DNA of 62,472 nucleotides from positions 1-62,472 of the forward strand of contig JASJAS010000008.1 in assembly GCA_030066875.1 (NCBI GenBank). Reading direction: 5' to 3'. The notes under the pieces are model-generated. The model was given only the letters and a program-made list of their open reading frames with translations. It was not told the origin of the DNA and ran no database searches. The DNA comes from Acidimicrobiia bacterium (lineage in GTDB: Bacteria > Actinomycetota > Acidimicrobiia > Spongiisociales > UBA5794). The position numbers were made by a program, and so were the translations under genes. This document shows, one piece after another, positions 41,201-50,600 of this stretch (position 1 is the first letter of the stretch; every line of letters starts with the position of its first letter).

Positions 41201-41348
41201 GAGCATCGACGCTCGGCCCGATCAGGCACGGGCAATCCACGCCTATGCGAATGCACTCGAGGCGGCCGGACGCCACGAGGAGAGTCAAGTCCAGCTGAAC
41301 ACGGCAATGGAGATGTTCGGCGCCATGGGTATCAGCCCCGACGGGTAA
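38247..41348 (+). CDS. Class III adenylate/guanylate cyclase - AAA/STAND ATPase - TPR protein
   Basis: VTALFCDVVGST, AQFAGDSILAIFG, LGDTTNVAARIQ; GDPGVGKSRL Walker A, EDVHWAD Walker B, EGNPFFIEE; helical repeat tail. Confidence 0.93.
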   Translation: MQNGRQTRASERRVVTALFCDVVGSTSLAETMDPEDWAEIVNEVVAGMVVCIERYGGTVAQFAGDSILAIFGAPAAHEDDPYRAVRAGLDIIANVGRGSDYAVDISVRAGIHTGLVVVGDLTAGDLNVYAALGDTTNVAARIQALAEPGSLLVSEDTHRLVANDVVVRELGPVEMKGKKEPVAVFEIRDARDVSSRRRGIPGFESPMVGRAAELAQLVEMVGYSQAGSGRVGVIVGDPGVGKSRLVAELHDVVVGIGGARWVLGRCAAYDQHRPYHLAASIVLALAGVTESDDPEVISKALEDIAQPAFGEDSASLGHLLQLLGLADGHPDDDPDVLHKQYDQALFHLLSATAAVSNPLVLVCEDVHWADASSAELLAGLLERIRQTTTTLIIVTRPERQSHGWEMVVTRAERELGEAFVESKLQPLDDRESRQLVANLLEIESLPADVRALVLSRTEGNPFFIEEVVRMLVDRGLIEKQGDRWVASAEISTLDVPETLHGLLASRIDSLPAEVRRVARIAAVIGRRFEARLLNAVLSKTGEDPVPAELNTLEARGVVKLVAVQPELAFSFRHALIHDVAYESILRKERRSLHAQVGAALAVLYNDRLEEHAPTLARHYEEAGDHDEAVRYLVMAGGTARARHAMPESHRFYSRALELIETDPDSPAGQRIDVALSMAAAGMRFVPGLETLAALDAVRAEAEQIGDPDVLARVYALSLEVRAMMEESYADPGFRETMDRAYALAPRVHQPDLRAFLEGMMGQALRSADEYAKAAQLVGGSVGPLEEAGRVGEAGFNAALTADVEASRGRFAEADRWIRHACELAEESGNPNVIADVELMRGRIAAARGELETALAHTQLGTETAEGAGNIECTLVGNFLIADQHLRSGDAAAAIPYLERTFELGEYCNAEAMVGLGQAWLATAKARLGELNADDYSRPLEMAQAGGSRSGEAAVRLQRAIAVAGEPSSSWKQVVADFERAIELFESIDARPDQARAIHAYANALEAAGRHEESQVQLNTAMEMFGAMGISPDG

Positions 41349-41382
41349 GCGAGCAAGAGCCTCCGAGCTCGCTGACGTTTGC

Positions 41383-41829
41383 CTAGGCCGCGTGCCCCAA
41401 CAAGGTCGACTTGATGTGGTCGTTGTCACCGGCCAGCAAGAGCCGATAGACCCATCCCCAGTACCGTCGATGAGCGGCGTCGAAGCGAAGGCGATTCTCC
41501 CATTCTTCGATATATGTGAGGGCGTTCTCCAGGAGCGATTGGATCGCTTCCGCCAGGTTGTCGCCATCGCCGCTGATGGGCGGACCATCGACGAGGACTA
41601 TTTCGACCGCAACACGTTTGCGATCGTCAACGGGTGCCATATGCGCCCGGAAGGGAAATCGTTCCGCGAGTAGGTCTTCGAGGTCTTGTCTGCTGCTGAC
41701 CGCGGTCGAGGTAGACAACGTGGGAGATGTCCCGCAATCGAGCTCGACCGACTGGTGCTCGGCAAGGGCTTCGAGAACCGATCCGATGTCGGGTTGGGGT
41801 AGGTCCGGTCTAACTGCAAGTAGTGTCAT
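41383..41829 (-). CDS. Orphan antitoxin-like protein (actinobacterial PHD/HicB-like fold)
   Basis: C-terminal ISGDGDNLAEAIQSLLENALTYIEEWENRL...HRRYWGWV resembles the actinobacterial HicB-like pattern A.G....EA...........Y..DW..RL....H...W; recognised from memory. Confidence 0.55.
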   Translation of the reverse strand: MTLLAVRPDLPQPDIGSVLEALAEHQSVELDCGTSPTLSTSTAVSSRQDLEDLLAERFPFRAHMAPVDDRKRVAVEIVLVDGPPISGDGDNLAEAIQSLLENALTYIEEWENRLRFDAAHRRYWGWVYRLLLAGDNDHIKSTLLGHAA

Positions 41830-42072
41830 CGCAGTCTGTTCCTTGTGTGGCCCCGACGGCCTGTCGGGGGGCTGCCGTTCAGTCCGTTCTCTCCCATTAC
41901 TGTCGGCAGGTCCATCAGTGGTTTGAGCTCACACGGCTCGTCATTTCCCAAGAGCCCGACCTATCTAGACACAGGTTGTGGGCGGAGCCACACGATTCTC
42001 CGCCCAAATCCCTGCCCGCCTGCTAACGATGGTGGGTGGAGTGCTTCCACGACTGAAAGGAGGGAAGGAATC

Positions 42073-42426
42073 ATGTGGAACGCAGCACTCATGCACAGCT
42101 ACACGAAGCCGATCACCGGCCGTGAAGCAAAGGCGATGGAAGTGTTTGCGGATGCCTTGACGCTGTACGGCAAGCTCGCTGCAGACGGCAGGTGTGCCGA
42201 GCCCGAGGTCTTCCACCACTTCGTCGGCGGCGGGATGTTCATCGTCAAGACCGAGACTCTCGAGATCGCACACGAGATTCTTGATATGGACGACATCCGC
42301 AAGATGCTCGACACGGCCATGTTCACGGTCGAGGACTTCAAAGTGGAGATCATGGTCACCGGCGAGCAGCTGATGAACAACATGTCGCTCTACACCGCTA
42401 TCGGCACGGAGCTGGGCTACATCTGA
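42073..42426 (+). CDS. Conserved-looking hypothetical protein (117 aa)
   Basis: Strong RBS GAAAGGAGGGAAGGA; GREAKAMEVF; followed by a terminator hairpin. Confidence 0.75.
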   Translation: MWNAALMHSYTKPITGREAKAMEVFADALTLYGKLAADGRCAEPEVFHHFVGGGMFIVKTETLEIAHEILDMDDIRKMLDTAMFTVEDFKVEIMVTGEQLMNNMSLYTAIGTELGYI

Positions 42427-42446
42427 TCATCCGCAACTTGACGTAC

Positions 42447-42478
42447 GAGAGAGGCATGGGACGGGGGATGCCTCTCTC
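42447..42478 (+). terminator. Terminator hairpin
   Basis: GAGAGAGGCAT-N10-ATGCCTCTCTC perfect 11 bp stem. Confidence 0.7.
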
Positions 42479-42516
42479 CGTCGTAGGAACCGTGGTCCCA
42501 ACGACCGGGTAATCAC

Positions 42517-44196
42517 TTGAGGCTCAGACGTAAGCTGCCGAATCTCTATCCAATGATTGTTTCGTCGTCTACGCGTGCGGGCGCAGATCGCACCGCGCAC
42601 GACATGGATCGCCTCGAGGAAGTCATTGTTCGGGTCACGACCTGGGTGTCATTGGCCTTCCTCGTGTTGCTCCTTGCCACGGGAGCCATCACCGGTGATG
42701 AGAAGTTCTTCGTGCGTGCGCTCAACCCGCTATTGCCGGGCGCAGCCGGAGTCTGGATGCTGCTCAAAGAGCAGCCGCGAGCCCTAGTGCAGCTCGGCGC
42801 CGGCGCAATCGCGGTGGCGACGACCACCGGCCTGGCCGACATCGCGTCACGGCCGGGGGCACTGCTCGGTTTGCTCAGCATGGGGATCGTGGGTGCGCTG
42901 TTGGTGCGGCGCCACGTGGTGATCTACCTGGTAGTGGCCGGCACAGCGCTGTTCGCCGTATCCATGTGGTGGGCATCGAGCGACCTATCACCACGCGACC
43001 GGGCGGTGGAAGCCGCCGGACCCGTATTCGCCCTACTGCTGACTGCAGGTCTGGTCATCTGGTTGAAGCGGGCCCTGCTAATGGAGGGCGAGCGTCGTCA
43101 CGAGGCGGCTAAGGCGCTTGCCGCTTCTGAAGAGCAGTTCCGGACGGCGTTCGAGACCTCGGCGGCAACGATGGCTCTGGTTCGTGCCAGTGACTTGCAG
43201 TTTCTCAGGGTGAACCAAGCTGGGTGTGAGATGCTCGGATACACCGAGGACGAGCTATTGAGAATGACTGTTCCTGAGGTGATTCATCCCGACGATCAGG
43301 TAGCCAGTCGAACACGTATGAGACAACTGCTGGCAGGAGAAGAGCAGGGTACGAGAGGTGTAGTTCGCTACCTCAAGAGCGACGGGTCGATCGTCTACGG
43401 GCTCGTGTCGGCGGCACTCGTCAGCGATGCGGACGGAAACCCGAGTCATTTCGTGGCGCAACTGGTTGACACAACGGACCAGCATCACGCCGAGCAGCGC
43501 CTCATGGATCTGCTCGCCTCCCGGGACGAGCTCATCGCGTCGGTGTCGCACGAGCTGCGGACACCGCTCACCGCGGTTCTGGGTTATGCGAGTCTGTTGC
43601 TCGAAGAGTTGCCGGGGACACCCGAAGGCTACGAGGACATGCTCCGCGAGATCTTCAGTCAGGGCCGAGACCTCGTCGGAATCATCGAAGACCTGCTCGT
43701 CTTTGCGCAATCCGACTCAGACTCGATAACGGTCAAGCCGGTTCAGCTCGATGTGCGCGATCAGGCGACGCTGGTGCTGGAGTCGCTACGGACCGAGCTC
43801 TCGGTGGATCACATCGATCTGGTTGGCCCGCGGGTCGAAGCATTCGGAGATCCGCTACGAGTCCGGCAGGTGCTGCGGAATCTGCTCTCCAATGCCGTGC
43901 GCTATGGAGGTAGCTCCATCGTCGTCGAGATGTCCGAATCCAATTCCACGGCTCGCATCGTGGTCTCCGACGACGGCTCAGGAGTACCCCGGGAGGATCG
44001 CGAACGGATCTTTGAGCCGTATCAACGGTCCCAGCCGAAAGATGGGTTGACGGCTTCCATTGGCGTTGGGCTTACCGTCGCCCGCCGGCTGGCCCGACTC
44101 ATGAACGGCGACCTCACCTACGAGTATCGGGACGGACGGAGCCGATTCTCGCTCTCGTTGCCGAAGTACCAAGCTCGCAAGCTCCGCTCAGCCTGA
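42517..44196 (+). CDS. Orphan TM-PAS sensor histidine kinase (HisKA)
   Basis: About 6 TM helices, PAS (VNQAGCEMLGY, IHPDD), ASVSHELRTPLT, NLLSNAVRY, DDGSG, GVGL; start uncertain; no adjacent response regulator. Confidence 0.92.
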   Translation: MRLRRKLPNLYPMIVSSSTRAGADRTAHDMDRLEEVIVRVTTWVSLAFLVLLLATGAITGDEKFFVRALNPLLPGAAGVWMLLKEQPRALVQLGAGAIAVATTTGLADIASRPGALLGLLSMGIVGALLVRRHVVIYLVVAGTALFAVSMWWASSDLSPRDRAVEAAGPVFALLLTAGLVIWLKRALLMEGERRHEAAKALAASEEQFRTAFETSAATMALVRASDLQFLRVNQAGCEMLGYTEDELLRMTVPEVIHPDDQVASRTRMRQLLAGEEQGTRGVVRYLKSDGSIVYGLVSAALVSDADGNPSHFVAQLVDTTDQHHAEQRLMDLLASRDELIASVSHELRTPLTAVLGYASLLLEELPGTPEGYEDMLREIFSQGRDLVGIIEDLLVFAQSDSDSITVKPVQLDVRDQATLVLESLRTELSVDHIDLVGPRVEAFGDPLRVRQVLRNLLSNAVRYGGSSIVVEMSESNSTARIVVSDDGSGVPREDRERIFEPYQRSQPKDGLTASIGVGLTVARRLARLMNGDLTYEYRDGRSRFSLSLPKYQARKLRSA

Positions 44197-44294
44197 CCTG
44201 CGTTGGTCGCCCCGAAATGGGGCCCATTCCTCATGCGAACTAGGCTCAGCTGGCCGGGTCGGTACTGGGCAAACGGGATTGGAGGTGACCGCGG

Positions 44295-46937
44295 GTGGGC
44301 GGCATGGTTCCGCTTCGAGTGAACCACGAACAGCGCACGTACGTGTTCACTCAGCCAGAGGTCACCATCGGCCGTGAAGCGGGTGTAGACGTCGTCATAG
44401 ATGTGCCCGACGTGTCACGGGTTCACGGCATCGTCAGATGGATCCATGACGAGTGGCATTTCACCGACAATTCGAGCCGCAACGGGAGCTTCCTGGCGGG
44501 GAGTCGTGTCAACGAGGTGGTGATCGATGGTTCGCTCACGGTCAATCTCGCGGGTCGAACCGGACCGGAGGTCACGTTCTCCCCAGCGATCGATCTTGCC
44601 ACGGAGGTGACCGCTACGACATCTCGGCTCGTGGGCGATATTGGCGTCGTTTCCGCAGTGCACGACACGAGGAGGGACTCGACAACTCTGGGGCGGGCTC
44701 CGGACAACGACATCGTGGTCGACGACCTTGAGGTCTCTCGCCACCACGCCGAGATGAGGACATCGACCGAGGGCCAGCTCGAAATCGTTGACCTGGGGAG
44801 CCACAACGGCACCTATGTCAATGGTGTTCAGGTGGAACGAGCCACGCTGAACGACTTCGATCTCGTGACTGTCGGTCACCACATGTTCCGGGTTCTCGAC
44901 GGTGTGCTAGAAGAGTTCGTCGATGCGGGCGCGGTGCAGTTCGAAGCCATTGGTCTCGGGGTGGAGCTCCCGGGGGGTTTTCGGATCCTGGATCAGGTCA
45001 GCTTCACGTTGCCGGAACGTAGCTTGGTCGCGGTCCTGGGGCCAAGCGGTTCCGGCAAGACGACCCTGTTGCGGGCGCTCACCGGGTTCAGTCCCGCCAC
45101 CGAGGGTCAGGTCATCTACGGCGGCCGGGATATGTATGCCTCGTACGCAGATGTGCGGCAACGTATTGGCTACGTTCCCCAGGACGACATTCTCCATAAC
45201 GAGCTCACCGTGCGCCAGGCACTGCGTTACGCAGCCCGGCTGCGCTTCCCGCCTGATGTACCGGCCGAAGACATCGCCGAGCGGGTTGACCAAGTCATCA
45301 ACGAATTGGGACTGGCGCATCGCGCCGACGTCGCCATCTCATCGCTCTCCGGGGGTCAGCGCAAACGAGCCTCGGTGGGGTTCGAGCTACTGACGAAGCC
45401 GTCGCTGCTGTTCCTCGACGAGCCGACCTCAGGACTGGATCCGGGATACGAGCGCGCCCTGACCCAGTTGCTGCGGGAGCTGGCAGACGGCGGCAGAAGT
45501 ATCGTCGTGGTCACTCACAGCGTGCAGAGTCTCGACCTGTGCGATCGGGTCGTCATGCTGGCACCGGGCGGCCGGTTGGCCTACTTCGGGCCACCTGACG
45601 AGGCTCTTCGCTATCTCGGCTGCGACTCGTTCGCCGAGGCGTATGTGCTGCTTGCCGACCCGGACGGACCGGATTGGCACCAGAACTACCAGGCAAGTCC
45701 GGCTCATCGAACCTATGTAGAGCTGCCCAACGCAGGCACCCGTGTGGAAGAGGCTGAGGCGCCAGAGGCGGCCGCACCAGTCCGGCAACGCGGCTGGTTC
45801 CGCCAATACCGCACCCTGACACGCCGCTACGCATCGGTCATCTGGCAGGATCGCAAACTCACCACCTTGCTGGCATTGCAGGCCCCTTTGCTGGCGCTGT
45901 TGATGCTGATTGCGATGGGGGAGGGTCGTCTCGCCCCGAGGACCGGACCCGGACTGTCGACGGCCTCCCTGGTCCTGGCGGTGCTTGTGCTGGCCGCCAC
46001 CTGGCTGGGTATGTCGAACTCGGGTAGGGAGATTGCCAAGGAAACCGCAATCTATCGGAGAGAGCGGGCGATTGGCCTGTCCACCTCGGCGTATGTCGCT
46101 TCCAAGGTGACGGTGCTGGCCTTCATAACGCTGTTGCAGACCACTGTTCTGGTAGTCGTCGGCCTGGCACGTCAGGGGGTCTCATCGCAGGCTGCTCTCA
46201 TTGAACCGGGCATGCTCGAATTGGTGCTTGGGGTCGGGCTCAGCGGCATCGCCGCGGTGAGTCTGGGGTTGCTGATATCGGCCTTGGCCAAGACACCGGA
46301 CCGCGCCATGAGCCTGCTCCCTGTGGTGCTTATCGTGCAGCTGGTTGTTGCCGGCGGTTTCAAGGACATGGCCGAGAAGCCGCTGCTGCGTGAGATCAGC
46401 TATGTGGCAACCGCCCAGTGGGGCTTCTCCGCGGCGGCATCAACCGTCGACCTCAACGACCTGCAGTTGCCCAACGACTGCCTGGCAGAAGTAACCCGGA
46501 TCGACGACGAGACCGGGATCGAGGATCGGGCGGCATCGTTGGCGCGCTGCGCGTTGTCTGATGCGGCGCTCATGCAAGCGATGCAGACCGTGATCGCACG
46601 ATCCCAAGAACCGCTACCGATCGAGGCCGACTGTGTTACCCAACTCGAAGGCCTCGATGCCGCAACCGTGGAAGGAATGAGTTCCGCGGAGATCGATGAG
46701 GCGCTGCTGTGTACGGCGGCTCACCCTGAGGCGGCGACCGCCGCGGTTGCGGACGAAACGGCTCTCGAGACTCTGGCAGCCCGGGCGGGACCGGTAAACG
46801 ACAATCATCCATTTCGCTTCTGGGATCAGACACCGCGTCACTGGCTCATCAACATGACACTGCTCGGGTTGCTCACAGCGTTCGGATTGGTCGGTACGTG
46901 GTGGGTGCTGCGCCGACGCGATCCTGAATCGAGCTAG
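44295..46937 (+). CDS. FHA-FHA-ABC ATPase-permease fusion transporter (Rv1747-like)
   Basis: Two FHA domains (IGR/VSRVH/SRNG; LGR/VSRHH/SHNG), GPSGSGKT, LSGGQRKR, DEPTSGLD, ABC-2 membrane domain (AKETAIYRRER). Confidence 0.95.
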   Translation: MGGMVPLRVNHEQRTYVFTQPEVTIGREAGVDVVIDVPDVSRVHGIVRWIHDEWHFTDNSSRNGSFLAGSRVNEVVIDGSLTVNLAGRTGPEVTFSPAIDLATEVTATTSRLVGDIGVVSAVHDTRRDSTTLGRAPDNDIVVDDLEVSRHHAEMRTSTEGQLEIVDLGSHNGTYVNGVQVERATLNDFDLVTVGHHMFRVLDGVLEEFVDAGAVQFEAIGLGVELPGGFRILDQVSFTLPERSLVAVLGPSGSGKTTLLRALTGFSPATEGQVIYGGRDMYASYADVRQRIGYVPQDDILHNELTVRQALRYAARLRFPPDVPAEDIAERVDQVINELGLAHRADVAISSLSGGQRKRASVGFELLTKPSLLFLDEPTSGLDPGYERALTQLLRELADGGRSIVVVTHSVQSLDLCDRVVMLAPGGRLAYFGPPDEALRYLGCDSFAEAYVLLADPDGPDWHQNYQASPAHRTYVELPNAGTRVEEAEAPEAAAPVRQRGWFRQYRTLTRRYASVIWQDRKLTTLLALQAPLLALLMLIAMGEGRLAPRTGPGLSTASLVLAVLVLAATWLGMSNSGREIAKETAIYRRERAIGLSTSAYVASKVTVLAFITLLQTTVLVVVGLARQGVSSQAALIEPGMLELVLGVGLSGIAAVSLGLLISALAKTPDRAMSLLPVVLIVQLVVAGGFKDMAEKPLLREISYVATAQWGFSAAASTVDLNDLQLPNDCLAEVTRIDDETGIEDRAASLARCALSDAALMQAMQTVIARSQEPLPIEADCVTQLEGLDAATVEGMSSAEIDEALLCTAAHPEAATAAVADETALETLAARAGPVNDNHPFRFWDQTPRHWLINMTLLGLLTAFGLVGTWWVLRRRDPESS

Positions 46938-47569
46938 TCGAGAGGTTCTAGCCGCCACTCGCTGAAGCGGAAGTTGTGATCGCCGACGGCCACCCGGTCG
47001 AGTTCCAGGATCGGGGTTCGGGTCACTCGCTGACCGTTCAGATAGGTTCCGTTGTGACTGCTCAGGTCGACGAGTTCGTACTCGTTGTTGGGGGTCACTC
47101 TGATCTCGGCGTGATGCCACGACACGGCTGGGTCTTCGACAACTACGTCGTTGTCCGGAGCTCGTCCGATTGTGATCACTTGGGCGGACTTCCGCAGCGA
47201 CCGGGTTGCCCCGGTAGCCTCCGGTTCCGAGGCGCGGGGGAGCGCGGTGGTCTTCTCACTGAGATAGGGCAAGGCTGGGGTCAGGGTGAGGAAAGGTCCG
47301 GTGGGGTCTCCGAGAGCGATCTGCATAGGCGCTCGGATTTCGACCCTGGTGACCCGGGCACCGTTGAGAAAGGTGCCGTTGGCGCTGTCCTTGTCTTCGA
47401 GGATCCAGATGTCATCCTCGAAGGCGAGCACGGCGTGCCTTCGGGATACGCGGCGGCTGGCAACGTGCAATGCAGCATCGGGATGACGCCCGATGGTCAC
47501 TATCTCATCGGGCCGGAAAGTGACGGTGGTTCCGTCGTGGGTCACCCTTATCAGCCCAGCGTCGTTCAT
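46934..47569 (-). CDS. Stand-alone tandem FHA-FHA protein
   Basis: IGRHP..VSRRH..SANGTF and IGRAPDND..VSWHH..SHNGTY; start set at ATG 47569. Confidence 0.92.
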   Translation of the reverse strand: MNDAGLIRVTHDGTTVTFRPDEIVTIGRHPDAALHVASRRVSRRHAVLAFEDDIWILEDKDSANGTFLNGARVTRVEIRAPMQIALGDPTGPFLTLTPALPYLSEKTTALPRASEPEATGATRSLRKSAQVITIGRAPDNDVVVEDPAVSWHHAEIRVTPNNEYELVDLSSHNGTYLNGQRVTRTPILELDRVAVGDHNFRFSEWRLEPLD

Positions 47570-47667
47570 ACTGCCCGGCTCATTTTTGGCACATGCGTAC
47601 TGTAGGCGATGGCCCGCGATGAGCAGTGGAAACGGACCGAAATGGGGTGGTGGAGTACACTGCAGCA

Positions 47668-50600
47668 ATGGCGCAATCCGCACCTCTCGATTTGGGGATT
47701 CCCGGTCTCGAAGATGCGATGCTCTTGGGTCGAGGTGGGTTTGCGGTGGTTTATCGGGCGTATCAGCCTGCCTTCCGACGCACAGTTGCGGTCAAGGTTG
47801 TCTCGGTCACCGAGGTCGATGAACTGACCCGCGAGCGATTCCGCCGCGAGTGCCAGGCAATGGGTCTGCTGTCGGAGCACCCATCGATTGTCACCGTGCT
47901 TGAGGCTGGCTTTCTCGACGATGGTCGTCCCTTCCTGGTCATGGCATACATGCCGGAAGGCTCACTGCAGGACCGGCTGCGCCAAGGCCCCCTCGGATGG
48001 CAGGAAGCGACCCGGATCGCGGTGAAACTGGCTGGAGCCCTTGGGACCGCCCACCAGGCCGGGGTGCTGCACCGTGATGTGAAACCGGCCAATGTGCTCG
48101 TATCGCAATACGGCGAACCGCAACTGGCCGACTTCGGCATCGCCCGCGTGGCGGGCGGTCAAGAGACGTCGTCTGGGGTCATCACCGCTTCGTTGTCCTA
48201 CGCGCCTCCGGAGATCGTCGATGGGCAGCGCCCGTCTGTAGCTTCCGATGTGTACTCGCTGGGAGCCACAGTCCATGCGCTGATGACTGGAGCCGCTCCT
48301 TTCTGGAAGGATCGCGAGGACTCGATTGCCGCGCTGTTGAATCGGGTGATGAATCACCCGCCGCGTGATCTCAGGGAGTTCGGTGTCCCCTCCAACGTAG
48401 CTGAGGTGCTCGAGCTCACGATGGCGAAGGATCCTCAGGATCGGCCGGCATCCGCTGCCCAGTTCGGCAGGCTGCTCCGTCTGGCTGAGGACGAGAACGG
48501 GTTGCGCCCTACCCAGATGACGGTCTACAAGCCGGCTGACGAGCCACATCCCCCGACTCCGCCGGTCGAAGCACCACCGACCGAAGTAGCGCCCAGCATC
48601 GAGGATTCCGAGGACTTCACCGACTCACCGACGGATATCGTCGACACCGACGAGATGCTCACTGCCGCCGCCACAGCGACGGCAGCTGCCACATCGATCA
48701 ACGAGACCCCATCAGTGGACGGTCCGCCGACCGGTACCGTCGAGCAAGATGCAGCCGAAACCGAAGTGATCGACGAGCAGCAGACGGCTGAAGTTGTGGC
48801 TCCGGTTGCGGATGGGCTGGTGGCGGCGCCGGACGTGGAGGCATCGGAGCCCGTTGTGGAACCCGAGATGGCCCCTACTGCCACGGTGGCTGCCGCCAGC
48901 GCTGCAGCGCCCCCGGACGCGACGACTGACCTGCCCGCCGGGCCCGAGGCCGGTCAGGAACCGGAGGCGCCGGGCCGGCGCCGTGGCCTTTGGCTTGGGG
49001 TGGCGGCGGTTGTGGCGCTGCTCGCGGTGGTCGGCGGGTTCTTCTTGACCAGAGGCGGCGACGCCGGGCCTATAGACACGACGATACGAAGCACAAGCGA
49101 CGGGAGCTCAGATTTCGAACCGCCGCCTTGGTGGACAGCCGACCCGGTTCTCGGCTCGGCGGTGCTGGTTGATCATGAATCGCATGTAGACCGAAACTTC
49201 GAGCAGCTCGCTGTAGGCTCGGGGCCGGTGACCGGCGAGCAGCGCTGGGTCGCACCCACTCCGCCGGCGTGGTCGCCGGAGTTCTATCACGGCTGGATGC
49301 TCGTAGGATTGTCCGAGGGCGAACAGGATCCGTACACCGAACAGCAGATTGAAGAGAAACGCTTCTTTCGCGAGCCGGCGTCGGCCGAAGGCGACTATGC
49401 CGCCGTAGTCCGCTTCACGCCCACGCAGCTCGACGGCTATCTCCTGTTCAACCTCGAACACAACTCGGCAGACGGCAGTGAGCACCGGATGTTCTCGATT
49501 GATCTCGGGACCAACAGCTCGGGGTTTGCTTTCACCACTCAAGATGGGGACCAATCCGGCGATGACCCCTTCCAGCGGCCAATCGAACTCGAGGTCGATA
49601 AGTCGTACGACTTAGCCCTCGTGGCGACTACAACTGGGGCATTCCGGGCTTTGGTCTGGCCTTCCGGAGAGATGGCGGCCGGAGTCGATGAAGTCGCCGG
49701 AATCGAAACCGAAGCCGGACATGAGTTCGTCACCGACAACTGGATCGCAAGCATCGGGGTGGGTCCGGGTTCGGCGATATCGATAGACGAGTTTTGGGGC
49801 TTCCGGCTTCCGACCCCAGGCGGTGATGCGGCGGTGCCGGACGACGAGGCCGAGCCCGGGCCGACGATTACATTCGATTTCCCGCAGTGGTGGCTCGCCG
49901 ACCCTGACTGGTCGCGGGCTGAGCTGGTCGATCACGAAACCCACGACAGTTACAACTGGGTTGTCGGCGACACCGCGGCCTCTGTGTGGCACTCGCCCCC
50001 ACCTCCGCCGACGTGGCGTGGGACGTTTGGAGGGGGGCTGATGACGATTGCGACGGAAAGGGGAGAGTCCGACAACATCGGTATTCCGATTGAGAGCAAA
50101 CGCTTCTGGCGGGCACCAACCACTTCGACAAACGAGTATGCAGCGGTGTTCCGTTTGATCGTCAACGAGCTCGGTGACGGGTTCCAGATCTTCATTGAGA
50201 GCGGGGCCTTCGACGCAGGCTTCTTTCGCAACGTCGTGCTCGTCGTAGACGGAGAGGGGCAGGTGTTTGCGCATTACTCACAGGGTGATGACGACTCTTT
50301 CCTAATCCAAGACCTTGACAACCCCATGAAGCTCCTCCCCGGCACCTCTTACGATGTTGCACTCTTCGCCGAAGGAGGTGGCGTCTTCAACCTCCGCCTT
50401 TGGCCCACCGGCCAGTCGCCACAGGAGCTAGAAGATGTCCCAGGAATACGGCTCGAACTAGGGGATGAGTTCGTGGTGACAGGGGGGTGGGACCCCGGCA
50501 TGGACGTTGTCGCCGGGGCATCCGTTTCCATTGACGAGTACTGGGGCTTCGAGCTACCCGGCGCTGGCGATGAGGCGCCGCTGGCGTCAGCCGATGTCGG

